NCBI GenBank assembly: GCA_977020255.1
Contig: CDROCS010001315.1
Span: 62,001-126,000 of the forward strand
Length of the DNA: 64,000 nucleotides
Origin: Obrimoposthia wandeli
Taxonomy: Eukaryota
Direction: 5' to 3'
The notes beneath the pieces were generated by a model. It was not told where the DNA came from. It did not search any database and worked only from the letters and a program-made list of their open reading frames with translations. Below, in pieces: positions 38,599 through 49,730 of the stretch. Numbering within the stretch: the first letter of the stretch is position 1; every line of letters begins with the position of its first letter. The position numbers and the translations under genes were made by a program.

Positions 38599-39100
38599 AT
38601 GAAACTCGTAAATATAAATTATAAAGGTAGAACAGAAGATGATGTTTCGTACTTACCATTCAATGAATGGAAGCCGAGACAATATGTAGAAAGGTTTGAC
38701 AATTCCACAGTTGTTATTTTTCCTACAGGTTAGTTTTTTATTTTATTTTCATATTTAATTCTTTAGGAAATTGTCGTGTTATGGGATGCAAAATACCAAT
38801 GCTTGGGTTCAATTTACCATTTGGAATTCAAATCACTGCAATACAATCAATCACGATTTCGGCTAATCTCGGGAAACAGATAAATCTTTTTAAAACTGCA
38901 GAGAAAATGAAAGAAGATGCATGTTTGAACCAGAAATTTTTCCTGCTCTCAGTTATTTGAAGTTTAAACCGCTATGTGTAAATATATTTTCCAGTGGTAA
39001 AGTTATGATATTGGGATTGAAAAATTTTGATTATCCAGACATAGTTGATTTGATTTTAGAAAATATATCTTATTACATCTTGTTAACCTTTTTCTATAAA
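38599..39100 (+). pseudogene. TBP-like gene (two exons), 1-nt deletion near 38915
   Basis: A 38-nt intron at 38729-38766 joins IFPTG|NCRVMGCK. The second repeat FEPEIFPALSYLKFKPLCVNIFSSGKVMILGLK resembles TBP YEPELFPGLIYRM.KP..VLLIFVSGKVVLTGAK. Confidence 0.88.
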
Positions 39101-39436
39101 CAAACCCGTTTAAACTTATTGTTTCAAATTAATAATACTATAAATAGAGACAATGAAGTGGATCGGCTTGCCGATGAATTATTTTCTGGAAAATTAGGGG
39201 TAAAGAAATTTTATCAGAATTAAAAAATAATGATATAACAAGAGATAACATTGAAATATTGGTTAGATCACACGTTATTCGAGAATTTAGAAATCGTATA
39301 CAAATAAATAAAATTATAGTCAAATATTCATTAATTAATTTTTGTATTTCATCTACAATAGCTCTAACATTGTACATTTCAATAAGGAAACTTCTATTAT
39401 AATATAAACAATATTAAAAATGAAAGAGTATATGCA

Positions 39437-40084
39437 ATGGAGCTAAATAATAATGCTGTATTTCAAATAGTTGGCCCAAGTGGAAGTGGAAAGACACATT
39501 TCGTCTGTAAATTGTTGCAAAATGAATCTATTTTCAAATCTAGTTTCAAAAATATTTATTGGCATCATGGTGGAGGGAGGGAAAGCGGGTTAACCAAAAC
39601 AGAAGTTTGCAAGTTTAAGGGTATAAAATTTATTGAAGGATTTGATGCAAATTGGTGTGAAAGATTGAAAAAAGAAGATGTAATAATAATTGATGATTTG
39701 TATGAGGAGGCTAACAAGGAATCGGACTTTAATAATTTATTTACAAAGATTGCAAGACATCGTGAAGTAACAGTTATATTTATCACTCAAAATCTGTTTC
39801 ACCAAGGAGGTCACCATAGAACAAGAAATCTTAATGTACATTACTTAGTTTTATTTAAAAATCCTAGAGATCAAACAGTTGTTGATTTTGTGGCCAGACA
39901 GGCATTTCCTCAAAATAAGAACTTTCTAGTTGATTCATTCCACGATGCTGCTAAACAAGCACATGGGTATATATTTATTGACTTTACACAAGCTTGCCCA
40001 GATGATTTACGTGTTTTAACAGACATATTTAATTCTAAGGGAGTAACTGTTTATAAACAAATAGAGAACAATTATAAAAAATAA
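39437..40084 (+). CDS. Polinton packaging ATPase (A32/FtsK-like), intact 215 aa
   Basis: Walker A GPSGSGKT, Walker B IIIDD, ARH, ITQNLF, RNLNVHYLVLFKNPRD, HGYIFIDF. Confidence 0.95.
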   Translation: MELNNNAVFQIVGPSGSGKTHFVCKLLQNESIFKSSFKNIYWHHGGGRESGLTKTEVCKFKGIKFIEGFDANWCERLKKEDVIIIDDLYEEANKESDFNNLFTKIARHREVTVIFITQNLFHQGGHHRTRNLNVHYLVLFKNPRDQTVVDFVARQAFPQNKNFLVDSFHDAAKQAHGYIFIDFTQACPDDLRVLTDIFNSKGVTVYKQIENNYKK

Positions 40085-40091
40085 ATTCGCA

Positions 40092-40232
40092 ATGCCTTTT
40101 ACAAAGTTGATAGTAAAACGTAAAGTAAAATCTAAGAAATCAAAAAAAAGAATCATTAAGAAAAAAGAAGTGAAAAAATTAATCAAATCTGTAGTTAAAA
40201 ATAAAAAAAAACTTAAATGGCTTCGAATATAA
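40092..40232 (+). CDS. 46-aa lysine-rich micro-ORF, candidate DNA-condensing core protein
   Basis: MPFTKLIVKRKVKSKKSKKRIIKKKEVKKLIKSVVKNKKKLKWLRI*, with 22 of 46 residues K/R. It sits between the ATPase and the next virion-like ORF. Confidence 0.45.
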   Translation: MPFTKLIVKRKVKSKKSKKRIIKKKEVKKLIKSVVKNKKKLKWLRI

Positions 40233-40263
40233 ACAATATTTAAATTAAACCTTTTTTATTAAA

Positions 40264-40594
40264 ATGAAGAAAATACATAGAAGCATACCCTATTTTAAAG
40301 CTTTAGTCAAAGCCTCTTCTAATAAGAGAATGATTATTCTTAAAGCATTTCCATCCTTTGTTGTAGATGATTTATTGGAAGTTTTGTATAATATAGTTTT
40401 GGGTCGAGTAAAAGTTGGAAATCGGAAAAATATATTAAAGAAATATATAAAAACTCTTCTAGATATTGTTAATGTAAAAAGTAACAAAAAGGAAACGAAA
40501 TATTATTCTTAAACATAATGGTGGTTTCATAGGGGCTGTTATTCCAGTTGTTGCTTCAATTATCAGTAGTATTATAGCTGCGACACGTTCATAA
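40264..40594 (+). pseudogene. Small conserved-type Polinton ORF ending in GG|F hydrophobic helix; frameshift near 40490
   Basis: LLEVLYNIVLGRV...KHNGG|FIGAVIPVVASIISSIIAATRS*. Confidence 0.6.
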
Positions 40595-40680
40595 ACAATT
40601 ATTTCTAAAATCAGCTAAAGATATGGGTGCTAGCCCTTCTTTACCTAAACTTAAATTTTCTTTCTATTCAAATTGTTGTA

Positions 40681-41709
40681 ATGGAGAAGATATGGTTCAA
40701 TCCAAAAGATCCAATTGGCTACACAGGAGTTTCAAAATTAGCAAAAAGAACAAAACAAAATTACAAGAAAACGCAGAAATGGCTGAGCGACCAGTTAGCC
40801 TACAGTCTGAACAAGCCGATGCGAAGAAGGTTTCCAACTAGAGCTTACAAAACCAGCGGTCCTAATAATTTATGGCAAATGGATTTGATGGAGATGATCC
40901 TATATTCTTCCATTAATAAGGGATATCGATATATTTTAACATGTATTGATGTATTTAGCAGGTTTGCTCGTGCAATTCCAGTTAAAGCAAAGTCTTCAAT
41001 AGCTATGCTTGAAGCCATTAAAGAAATATTAAAAGAGGACATTCCACAAAATGTGCAAACTGATTTAGTAAAAAAAATTTATAATAAGCAAGTTCAATCA
41101 TTATTTAAATAAAATAATATAAATCATTACTCTGTGTTTTCACAATACAAAGCAGCAGTAGTAGAAAGATTTAATCGTACTCTAAGAGATCGAATAAAAA
41201 TGTATTTCACAAAAGAAGGAAATAAAAAATGGATCCAAGTTTTACCTAAAATAATACATGCATATAATCACTCTGAACATAGAGGTCTCAAGGGAATGAG
41301 ACCTGTTGATGTTACTAATAAAAGCTCTATGGACATTTGGATGAACAGGAATAAAAAAGAAAAAATTAAAAAAGCTAAATATAAGAAAAACGAATATGTT
41401 CGAATTTCGAAAATTAGCTCTACTCCATTTATTTAAAACTTTGATCAGAATTGGAGCGATGAAATATTTTGTATAAGTAAAATTGATCAAAAGAGTAATC
41501 CAATAATGTATACTATTAAAGATGCTGACAATAATATCGTTCACGGTAAATTTTACGAGCAAGAATTACAAGTAATATCAAATAAACCTAGCGTTTTCCG
41601 TATTCAAAAAATATTAAAATCTAAGGGTACAGGTAAACATAAACAATACTTTGTTAAATGGCATGGTTATTCAGATTCAACTTGGATATCAGCATCTAAT
41701 ATAATATGA
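40681..41709 (+). pseudogene. Polinton rve-type integrase with chromo-like C-terminus; two premature stops
   Basis: DDE motifs WQMDL, QTD and VERFNRTL. Stops at 41110 and 41434. Confidence 0.93.
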
Positions 41710-42793
41710 ATTCTATGTATATGGTTTTACCAATTAACGGATAATAAAGTCAAAAGACCAGGGAATCCGTTCGTTAAAAAGTGTTCCAGATAATGACGCT
41801 AGTAGCTTTATTATCGATTGGGAAAATTCTATAAATCTCCAAGGAGAATGGGAAGCGGCTTTAACAGAATTTTCTTTTTTATTATTCTCCAATTACTATC
41901 AAAAAAAACTCACATATTTCGTTACAAAAGAAGTTGATCATGAAAAAACAACTGAAGTTGTGATCGGGTTTGATAGTAAAGGACAATTATATTACAATTG
42001 TATAGATAAAGAAGTGAAAGTAATATTTGAAAATAACAAAGTCAGATTTAAAAATCGATTAAAATTTCTTCAAGTTATTAAAATTAATTTTGAATCTAAA
42101 AAAGAAGCTCTTCAATTCAGTTTTGATAGTGAACAAACAGTAGCTCGTAATAAACGGGATATTATCTCATCTAATTCGGTTAGAAATGTTCCTGGTAGAG
42201 TAGCAAAAGTGTTGTTACTTGAAACGAGACCAAAGACTGTAGTGGAACTGAAAACGTTTTCAAAAGATTATAAAATAGATAGTGAAGTGAATTTCTGTAA
42301 ATTAATACAGAAGGAATGTAGTGAATATTTAGATAAATGTGTAACATTAAATGGTAAATTAACGTTTACAGTAAAGAGCAATATAAAACGAGTTTCATTT
42401 GATGATAAACTCGCTAAAAACCTTGGTTTAAACAGAAATACCTTTGAAACCCATACAATAAAAACCATAAAAGCTAAAAATAAGGCAAAACCTTTAAATG
42501 CTGTTAATCATTTATATATTTATACTAATTTAATAGAACCAACGCTTGTTGGAGGACAATGAGTTCCACTTTTGAGAACAATATGGATATCTAAAAATGA
42601 AACTAAAGATGGTGACGCTGTCGGTATGTGTATAGATCAACCAATGTATCTTCCAGTTTCTCTCTTTTCTATAAACAATATTGAAGTAAATATTAGAGAT
42701 GATTCCCGACAACTAATATATTTCACGTACGGGGCCAAGACAAGTTTAACAATACATTTAAGAAAACAAAATGACGAATCCAGCAATAATTGA
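41706..42793 (+). pseudogene. Minor capsid (penton-like) protein, disrupted
   Basis: Near-identical to 16401-17345, with an insertion at 41743-41785, a frameshift and a stop at 42560. Confidence 0.88.
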
Positions 42794-43106
42794 AGCTTAT
42801 AGTCAAAGCCAACAAGGTGGAGAATTACCATATTTTGTTGGTAAACAATACGGATCTGGCTGGCTTAGAACATTAGGTAGATTTGCCTTTCCTCTTTTAA
42901 AGAGACTCGGGCGATTTATATCAAAATTAGGAAAGGATTACCTTTCATGAAAGGACAACAAACTAATACCAACTTTTAAGAAGCATGCGCTTGATGAACT
43001 TGATAATGTTTTACCTGAAGTTGCTAATTTGATTAGAAAACGTAAATCAAATATAAGCCAAGGAGGTAGTGGATTTAAAAGTAAAAAGAAGAAAAAATTA
43101 ATATAA
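42771..43106 (+). pseudogene. Core-protein-like (pVII-like) ORF with GG/GxG protease-site motifs
   Basis: MTNPAIIEAYSQSQQGGELPYFVGKQYGSGWLRTLGRFAFPLLKRLG...QGGSGFKSKKKKKLI*. Frameshift near 42945. Confidence 0.7.
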
Positions 43107-43143
43107 ACAAACGTAAGAATGTTGAAGGAACAATATTTGCAAA

Positions 43144-44366
43144 ATGAGTTGCGCCAAAACTGAATTGTGTATTTTTGATAAACCACTTCCACAAGTAGTT
43201 GTAGATAATGCTTCCTTTGAAGAAATATTCCTAGTTAACTCAGTTTCAGGAACCACTTTAACCGATTTAGAATTTAATATTAATGGTTCCAATAGCGAGT
43301 ATTTAGATTTGAATGATACTTTGCTTTATGTTCAAATAAAAGTATTAAATCGGGATGGTACTAATTTAGATGAAAATACCGATGTAACACCTGTAAATTA
43401 TCTCTTTAATTCTTTATTTAATGATGCCATTGTTACTCTTAATAATGTCAAAATTGAAGGTGGAAATTCTTCCTATGCTCATAAAGCTTTGATTGAAAGT
43501 CTTTTGAATTATAGTACTGATACTCAAAATACTAATTTGGCAACCATTGGTTATGATAAAACAGTTGCAACTCGCAAAGAATGGATTGCAGGTTCTAAAG
43601 CTTACGAAATGTGTGGGTCTTTATGATTGAATTTCTTTGAACAACCAAAATATTTAAATCCCGGTGTTAATGTACATCTTCGTTTGAAATCTAATAAATG
43701 GAAATTTCTTTGATAAGCACAGACGTTCTAAAACCTAGACTTGATATTTTGGATGCAAAATTCTATGTTCGAAGAGTTAAAACCAAGCAATAAGTTTTAA
43801 TGGCACATAATATAGGAATGGAAAAAAACAATGCTTGTTATCTATCATATTAGAGAAACTAAACTTATATCTTATTCTTTAGGTACGGGTACACAAGGTT
43901 TTAATAAGGATCAAATTTTTGGTGATGTAAGATTACCGAAATTCATTTTAATTTCTTTTTCAAAAACTGCAAAGTTTCTAGGAAATTATACGACAGATAC
44001 AACTCAATTTGACAATCTTAATGTTGGTTCAGTGACACTTTCAAGAAATACTGATTATCGCGAAACATATAAAACAGATTTCGAAGGTAACGCTTATGCT
44101 TTGGCTTATACGCAATCTATTATTCGGAATTTGGGTCAACTAGATAAAAATATAAACAATGGTATTTCTTTAAAAGCATCTGCCCGTTCTTCACATTTGT
44201 TTTGGCACCAGACTTTGATATAAACCAATGTCAACTACCAAAGGATGGAAATTTACGACTAGAAATTAAGTTCAATGCAGCTTTAACAAATCCTACTACG
44301 GTGCTTATTTACGGAGTGTTTGATTCCGAAATACAAATCAATAAAAACAGAACTGTCATATTATAG
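43144..44366 (+). pseudogene. Polinton major capsid (double jelly-roll, hexon-like) protein
   Basis: KTELCIFDKPLPQVVV, LDLNDTLLYV, PVNYLFNSLF, YAHKALIESLLNYS, GNLRLEIKF, YGVFDSEIQI. Stop at 43624 and frameshifts. Confidence 0.9.
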
Positions 44367-44367
44367 A

Positions 44368-44741
44368 ATGAAGTAAGACATTTTTTAAATTTATATTTAT
44401 TAATTTTTATTTAGTTCAAAACAAGTACAAGAATCAGCAGAGAAGGTCTTGGGTGATAAATTTAATGGAGTTTATCCTATTGATATGATTCCATTTTTTC
44501 AATCTGGAGGTTACATTATCAATACTCATACTTCGAATTTACCAGGAGAACATTGGATAGCTATTTATGTTAGAGAGTGGACAATACATGTATTTGATCC
44601 ACTTGCAATGTATTATCCACACAAACTTGTTTCAACTATTCAAAAAGGACGAAGAAGAGTATTTTACAACAAAATAAGGATCCTGCGACGAGAAACTGTG
44701 GACATTTATGTATTTTATGGTTATCGTTGCAAAACAATTAG
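44368..44741 (+). pseudogene. Adenain-like cysteine protease, two exons; frameshift before the catalytic Cys
   Basis: ATG AA|42-nt intron 44373-44414|T gives MNSKQV...FNGVYPID. Triad motifs IINTH..NLPGEHW, FDP and, in the shifted frame, RNCGHLC. Confidence 0.88.
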
Positions 44742-45016
44742 TGTGTTATAAAAATAAAAATTTTAAATGTTTTATTTTGAAATATGTTTTAAATCTCTAA
44801 AAATATAAGGGTAAAATAATAAAAGACATAAGACAATTTTTTTTAATACATTTATTAATCACAACATCACAATGAGATATGTCAGCAAAGATAAGGCATA
44901 ATAAATAAGGTCCATCCTAAAAAAGTATTGAAATAACAAATAAGTTAGAGTCTAGGTGCCATAGGGATCTAAAATTTTAAAAAACTAAACTAAAAAAATC
45001 AAAAAATGAAAACCGT

Positions 45017-46790
45017 TTAAATTCTGAAGTGTCCATAAGCCAGGCTAGCGTTCTTTTTTACCCAAAAGCGCTTGTCGTCATTACTACTCAAAGCGATTTT
45101 GGTTGATTTATGGGAATACAGTTGATGGGCTCTTGAAATAAATCTAGTTTGCTCAACGCTTTCAAGACACCCAGTATCATAAACTTTCCGGTAGGCCTCA
45201 TGTGTAAGATTGTTTCTTCCCACACCCTTTGCTCTCATTGAACATGTATTATTAGATGCATGTAAACTGTAGCATTTAGGGCGTAGGAAAATACAATCAT
45301 CATACGAAACCTGTCCCTCGCTTTCATCCTTAAATTTCCCGATAATGTCCTTTAAACTCATAGAGTGTAGAGGATGGTTAGCGAGATATTTATGGGTATC
45401 TAGTAAGTTGTCCCTAAACATTGCTGGTAATAATTGATTATTTAAACTAACATTCCTACATTCTAAAAAGAAAGAGTTAGTGTCCCCAGCTGCGATTTTA
45501 ATCTCACAATTAAATTCTTGTCGGTATTTCTCCAATTCTATGTATTGAAGCTCATACATTCTGAGTTTAGAAATGTCTAAAACCGTTTGACCTATATAAC
45601 TCGGTCGATCGAGACAAATACTCTGTTTTCCTATTAACACTGCTACCAAGTCATCTGCAATTGTAAAACTACGCTTGAAGTTTTACTGGCTAGTATATGT
45701 TGTTAGTTTACACTCACCATTGCAAAACCGTAGACAAATACGTTTCCGCAAGTCCTCTACAGTTTTTCCAAAGAGACTATTACTTTTTAACTTGTAAATA
45801 TCTCGATCGAATTTGCTAGTGGCTAAATTACGTTTTCTTGAATTCTTCTCAATATAGTCTTTAAACCCAAAGTTTTGACTGAAGCTTATAGCACGATGAA
45901 TTCGAGTAACTTTCGCTCCCAACTTTAAGTAGAATTGAAGAAGCCGCCAATGCACAACATAATTCAACTTGTCTTCATGGGTTAACAATAATTTCTTAAC
46001 CTTTGAATTAGGTGGACATTGATAAACAGGCGCTACTGGAAGATCATCTAATTTATAATGCACATTGGGAGGGATTTTTATGTCCACCTCAACCAAATAG
46101 CCGACGTCGGATGAAACTGTATCAACAGTAGCCAAATCTGTCATCAACTTATTCAACTGATCCACATCATAAACCCACTTAAAGTTGGCATGAGGTTAGA
46201 GGTTGAGTAAGCGCCCACCCATACAAATTATTAATATCGATGTACAGAATCTCCGTGGATTGATTTTTGACATCTTGATGTTTGTTGACAAAAGTCATTC
46301 CACCGCGTATACCATAATCATACATTTGATAGATCGCAGGATCTTGCAGTAACTCGATATTAATTTTAAGAGTTTTTATTGCTGTTGCCCATGAAAGACC
46401 AGATAAACTAAAGAAAGGCATGGGATCTAGCCCATCTTCTGCTAAAGACTGTACACGAAAGGACTCAAAAATATCAGCTAAAAGATAAATGTCTAACTTC
46501 ATATAATAAAGCATATATTCGAGAAGATTTCGACAATTATTCACCCAAAATGTACGGGGCTCATTATAGTCTTGAAGACTTACACCCTCAAATTCAGCTA
46601 TGGGTGGGATTTCAGTTGTATTTTCTAAATCTGCGAAAGTTTTCGCAAATTTATACGGAAAAAATCCCCTTATCGTTAACCGAAGCTGGGAACACTGACT
46701 GTGTAATTGGCCATGCATTTAAAGATGCCGTTAAATTTTTTAAAGACCCGCTCAAAAACTGCAGAGAATCTTTTTAGTTGTGCTGTCTGG
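45017..46790 (-). pseudogene. Protein-primed family B DNA polymerase, N-terminal half missing, disrupted
   Basis: KDSLQFL, DIYLLADIFESFR, GIRGG, YIDINNLYGWAL, KLKSNSLFGKT, GDTNS (catalytic DTDS changed to DTNS), RPKCYS, AKGV. Confidence 0.93.
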
Positions 46791-46799
46791 GACAATCGA

Positions 46800-47330
46800 G
46801 TAAGTTCGCCTTTCAATTATTTAGTTTCATCTTCTTCTTCTTTTTTCGTTTCTATCTCCAATTAGCTTCGGTGCTTGGATTTTATCGACGAGTCTTATAT
46901 TCTAATTTTCTGGCCCTCACTTCTGGATTTCTCAATTTATATAGTTAAATTTCTATGTGGTAAATTCCCCTCTGTTTCTTCGCTCAATTTATGTGTGGCA
47001 ATTTCCCCTCTGCTTTTCTTGCACGAGCTCAAATTGCGGGCCGGTTTCCTGTAACGCGATTAATTTATAAGTAATTAGCTAAGTGCTTCTTACCGAATCC
47101 TGGACGGCTGGTTGAATTCCCAGCGGTTCTTCTCGATCTACGGCTCCAATATCTGGAAAAATGTATCAATTTGCACTTAATATAAGTGCTCTTACTTATA
47201 GACAGAGCAGACAGAGGCATCTGTGATTGTTGCGATATTCTTCTTTCCTTCTTAATTTTTTCTTTAATTGAGCTTTCTTCTTCTTTTTCAATATTTTTCT
47301 AACTTCTTTTTTGGGGCCTTTTGCTTTAAT
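46800..47330 (-). pseudogene. Spliced accessory gene Y replacing the pPolB 5' region
   Basis: GT-AG introns at 47153-47195 (43 nt) and 47049-47093 (45 nt) give the open frame KERRISQQSQMPLSALSI|NIGAVDREEPLGIQPAVQDS|ETGPQFELVQEK. Confidence 0.55.
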
Positions 47331-47510
47331 TTTAATATCTATATATATACTACACACGCTTACATATGACCTTCGTGGTCCTAATATTTTCCCAATGGTT
47401 TTATTTTTATAATTTTAATTTTATAATAATTGTAACCTTGCTTTCAAGGATTTTTATTTTAGTATAAAACGATTAATTATTTTAAATTAATCAAAACCTA
47501 ATCCTAACAT

Positions 47511-48020
47511 ATACATGCATACATACATGATTAAGCTTTATTAAACACATACAAACGCACATACATATTATTTTGTTTCATCTTAAATACAAAAGAAATA
47601 CATAAAGTTGCAAAATTTTGCAATATATGTGCAAGTGATGTCATGTGATGTCTTAGTTAAATATATATATTACTAGTAATCAAATACGCTCACATATATA
47701 TATAGATATTCTTATACTTTTCTTACAAGGAGCAAATGCACATACATTTACCTTTGATTCTATAAGTTTTTTTATAAAATATATTTTAAGTTACAAAGAA
47801 ACTCACGTGTAAATCTTGAAGAGAACTTGATTTATTTTAGTTACTTCTCTCTCTTATATACTCTTTCTGAATTAATTAATTTAATTGATGCAGTGAAACA
47901 AATTATCTTTTATAAAACAATGGATAATATTATAAAATTTCTTATTTAAATAAAATATACATTTATATAATTTTTTAAAAAAATTTAAAAAACCTAGATA
48001 CAGATTATATTATATATTAT
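47511..48020 (+). repeat. Direct copy of 20833-21460
   Basis: Manual alignment, with small indels. Confidence 0.85.
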
Positions 48021-49189
48021 GCATTTAGTTAAATGACTTTTGTTTAAATAATATATTATGAAATTTATGTTTTTAAACCAAATGACTTTATGATGAAAGG
48101 ATCCTTTGTTTCCTTTAGATATTATTATGAATTGTTTAAAATATACTTAAAGTCTTTATATTCTATTTTTAGAAACACTATAAAATATTTCGAGTCCAAG
48201 TATTTGTTAAATTAATTTTAGATTTTGATAATATGTATCCAAGTGGAAACATCTGCTTAATTATTTACACATACAAGTGCTTGAGTGATGTATACAAGTG
48301 AAAACATATTTCTAATTACATAGAAACATATCAGATGGAATTTTCATTATCATCAATAGTGATAAAGTTAATAATAATAATAATAATAATTTACAATATT
48401 TAGTATTAATACTAATAGTATTTTTTATATATATTAATTTATTAAAAATACATACATGATTAAGCTTTATTAAATATAATTAAAGGATTTAGAATTGATA
48501 AGAATGCATCGGAAATGTGGGGATTGGTTATTGATCTATTTATCATTATGCACAATCTGTAACAAAAGATATAACATTTTAAAATTATAAATATTTAATT
48601 TATCACGTGATATTATAAGAAAAGTAATAACATGTTTCCGTATCATTCAATCTTAGTTCAAGAATCAATTATTTTAAAAACGTAAGTATTTTTATTTTTT
48701 ATATTTTAAATTAAACCTGTAAATAATATATTCACATATTGCCTTATTCACAAGGTTTTTGATCATTTACGTTGATACAGTAGGAAAGTTATGTAAAAAG
48801 TGAACTAATTCAATCCATTAACATATCTTTTTTTTAATACTTGTTTGTACAGATTAAGAATCACGTTTTTAAATGATCTATAAACATCTAGATCTATCTG
48901 CAACACTGGACTTTGCAATTCACGATAAATTCAATTAAAGGACTGATTTATGACTTTTTTATAATTATACTTAATGTGTAACAATTAATAACACTGTCTA
49001 AAATACTGAATATTTAAAACGAGGCATTCTCTATGGTTCAATTTTTAGTTCAAATCTCGTTTTTTTGTTTACGTTTTAAAACTCACTAAGATTAAAAAGA
49101 ACTTTAAAATCTTTTTCTAATTTTGTGCGGCTAACACTCAGCCTCAGCACTTAGATGATAACATAATGTCAGAGAGATTTTATTTGCTA

Positions 49190-49730
49190 ATTACAATTAT
49201 CTTTCTCAGCCACATAATGGAAAATCACCGTTTAGTTCGTGGGAACTCAAAAAATCGAATGACCATTTAGAGAGTCTGGAAACGGATAAAACTAGAATTA
49301 GAAGTGAGACTAACTTTTCCCATCTGACAAAACATCGATGATACAGTCATTGGTAGGAGCATGTTTACTCTTCAGGGAGTACAGAAATGTTATTCTTCAT
49401 ATCGGAAAATTTTGAGATATATTCATCATTTATGATCCGCAAATATTATCAGAAATATTCATAAGCACAGCTGAGAAGCTCTGTCGCAGTTTCAATCGGC
49501 ATCACAGCCTCAGCAAATATGCGACATTTGATACGACCTAAATCTTTCAAAGATATATTGGGTCAGATATTGTAATTCTGTAAGGTGTTTCTGCGAACTT
49601 TGCTGTTGTGAATATTAAAATATTTCTCTATTTTTGTCTAAAATAACTCATTGAAAGTAACACATCAACCCATCTTTGTATAGAAGCAGTCTCTAACCAT
49701 TCTTTTTAACATGATTATGTAAGTGATATT
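49190..49730 (+). repeat. Direct copy of 36425-36920
   Basis: Manual alignment. This copy has about 50 extra bases near 49330-49390. Confidence 0.85.

Larger units (their letters stand above)
36928..48020 (+). mobile_element. Polinton/Maverick (adintovirus-like) copy 2; left end intact, right TIR absent, pPolB 5' truncated
   Basis: 5'-AGTAG terminus plus the full core gene set (ATPase, INT, minor and major capsid, adenain, pPolB). Most genes are disrupted. Confidence 0.95.
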
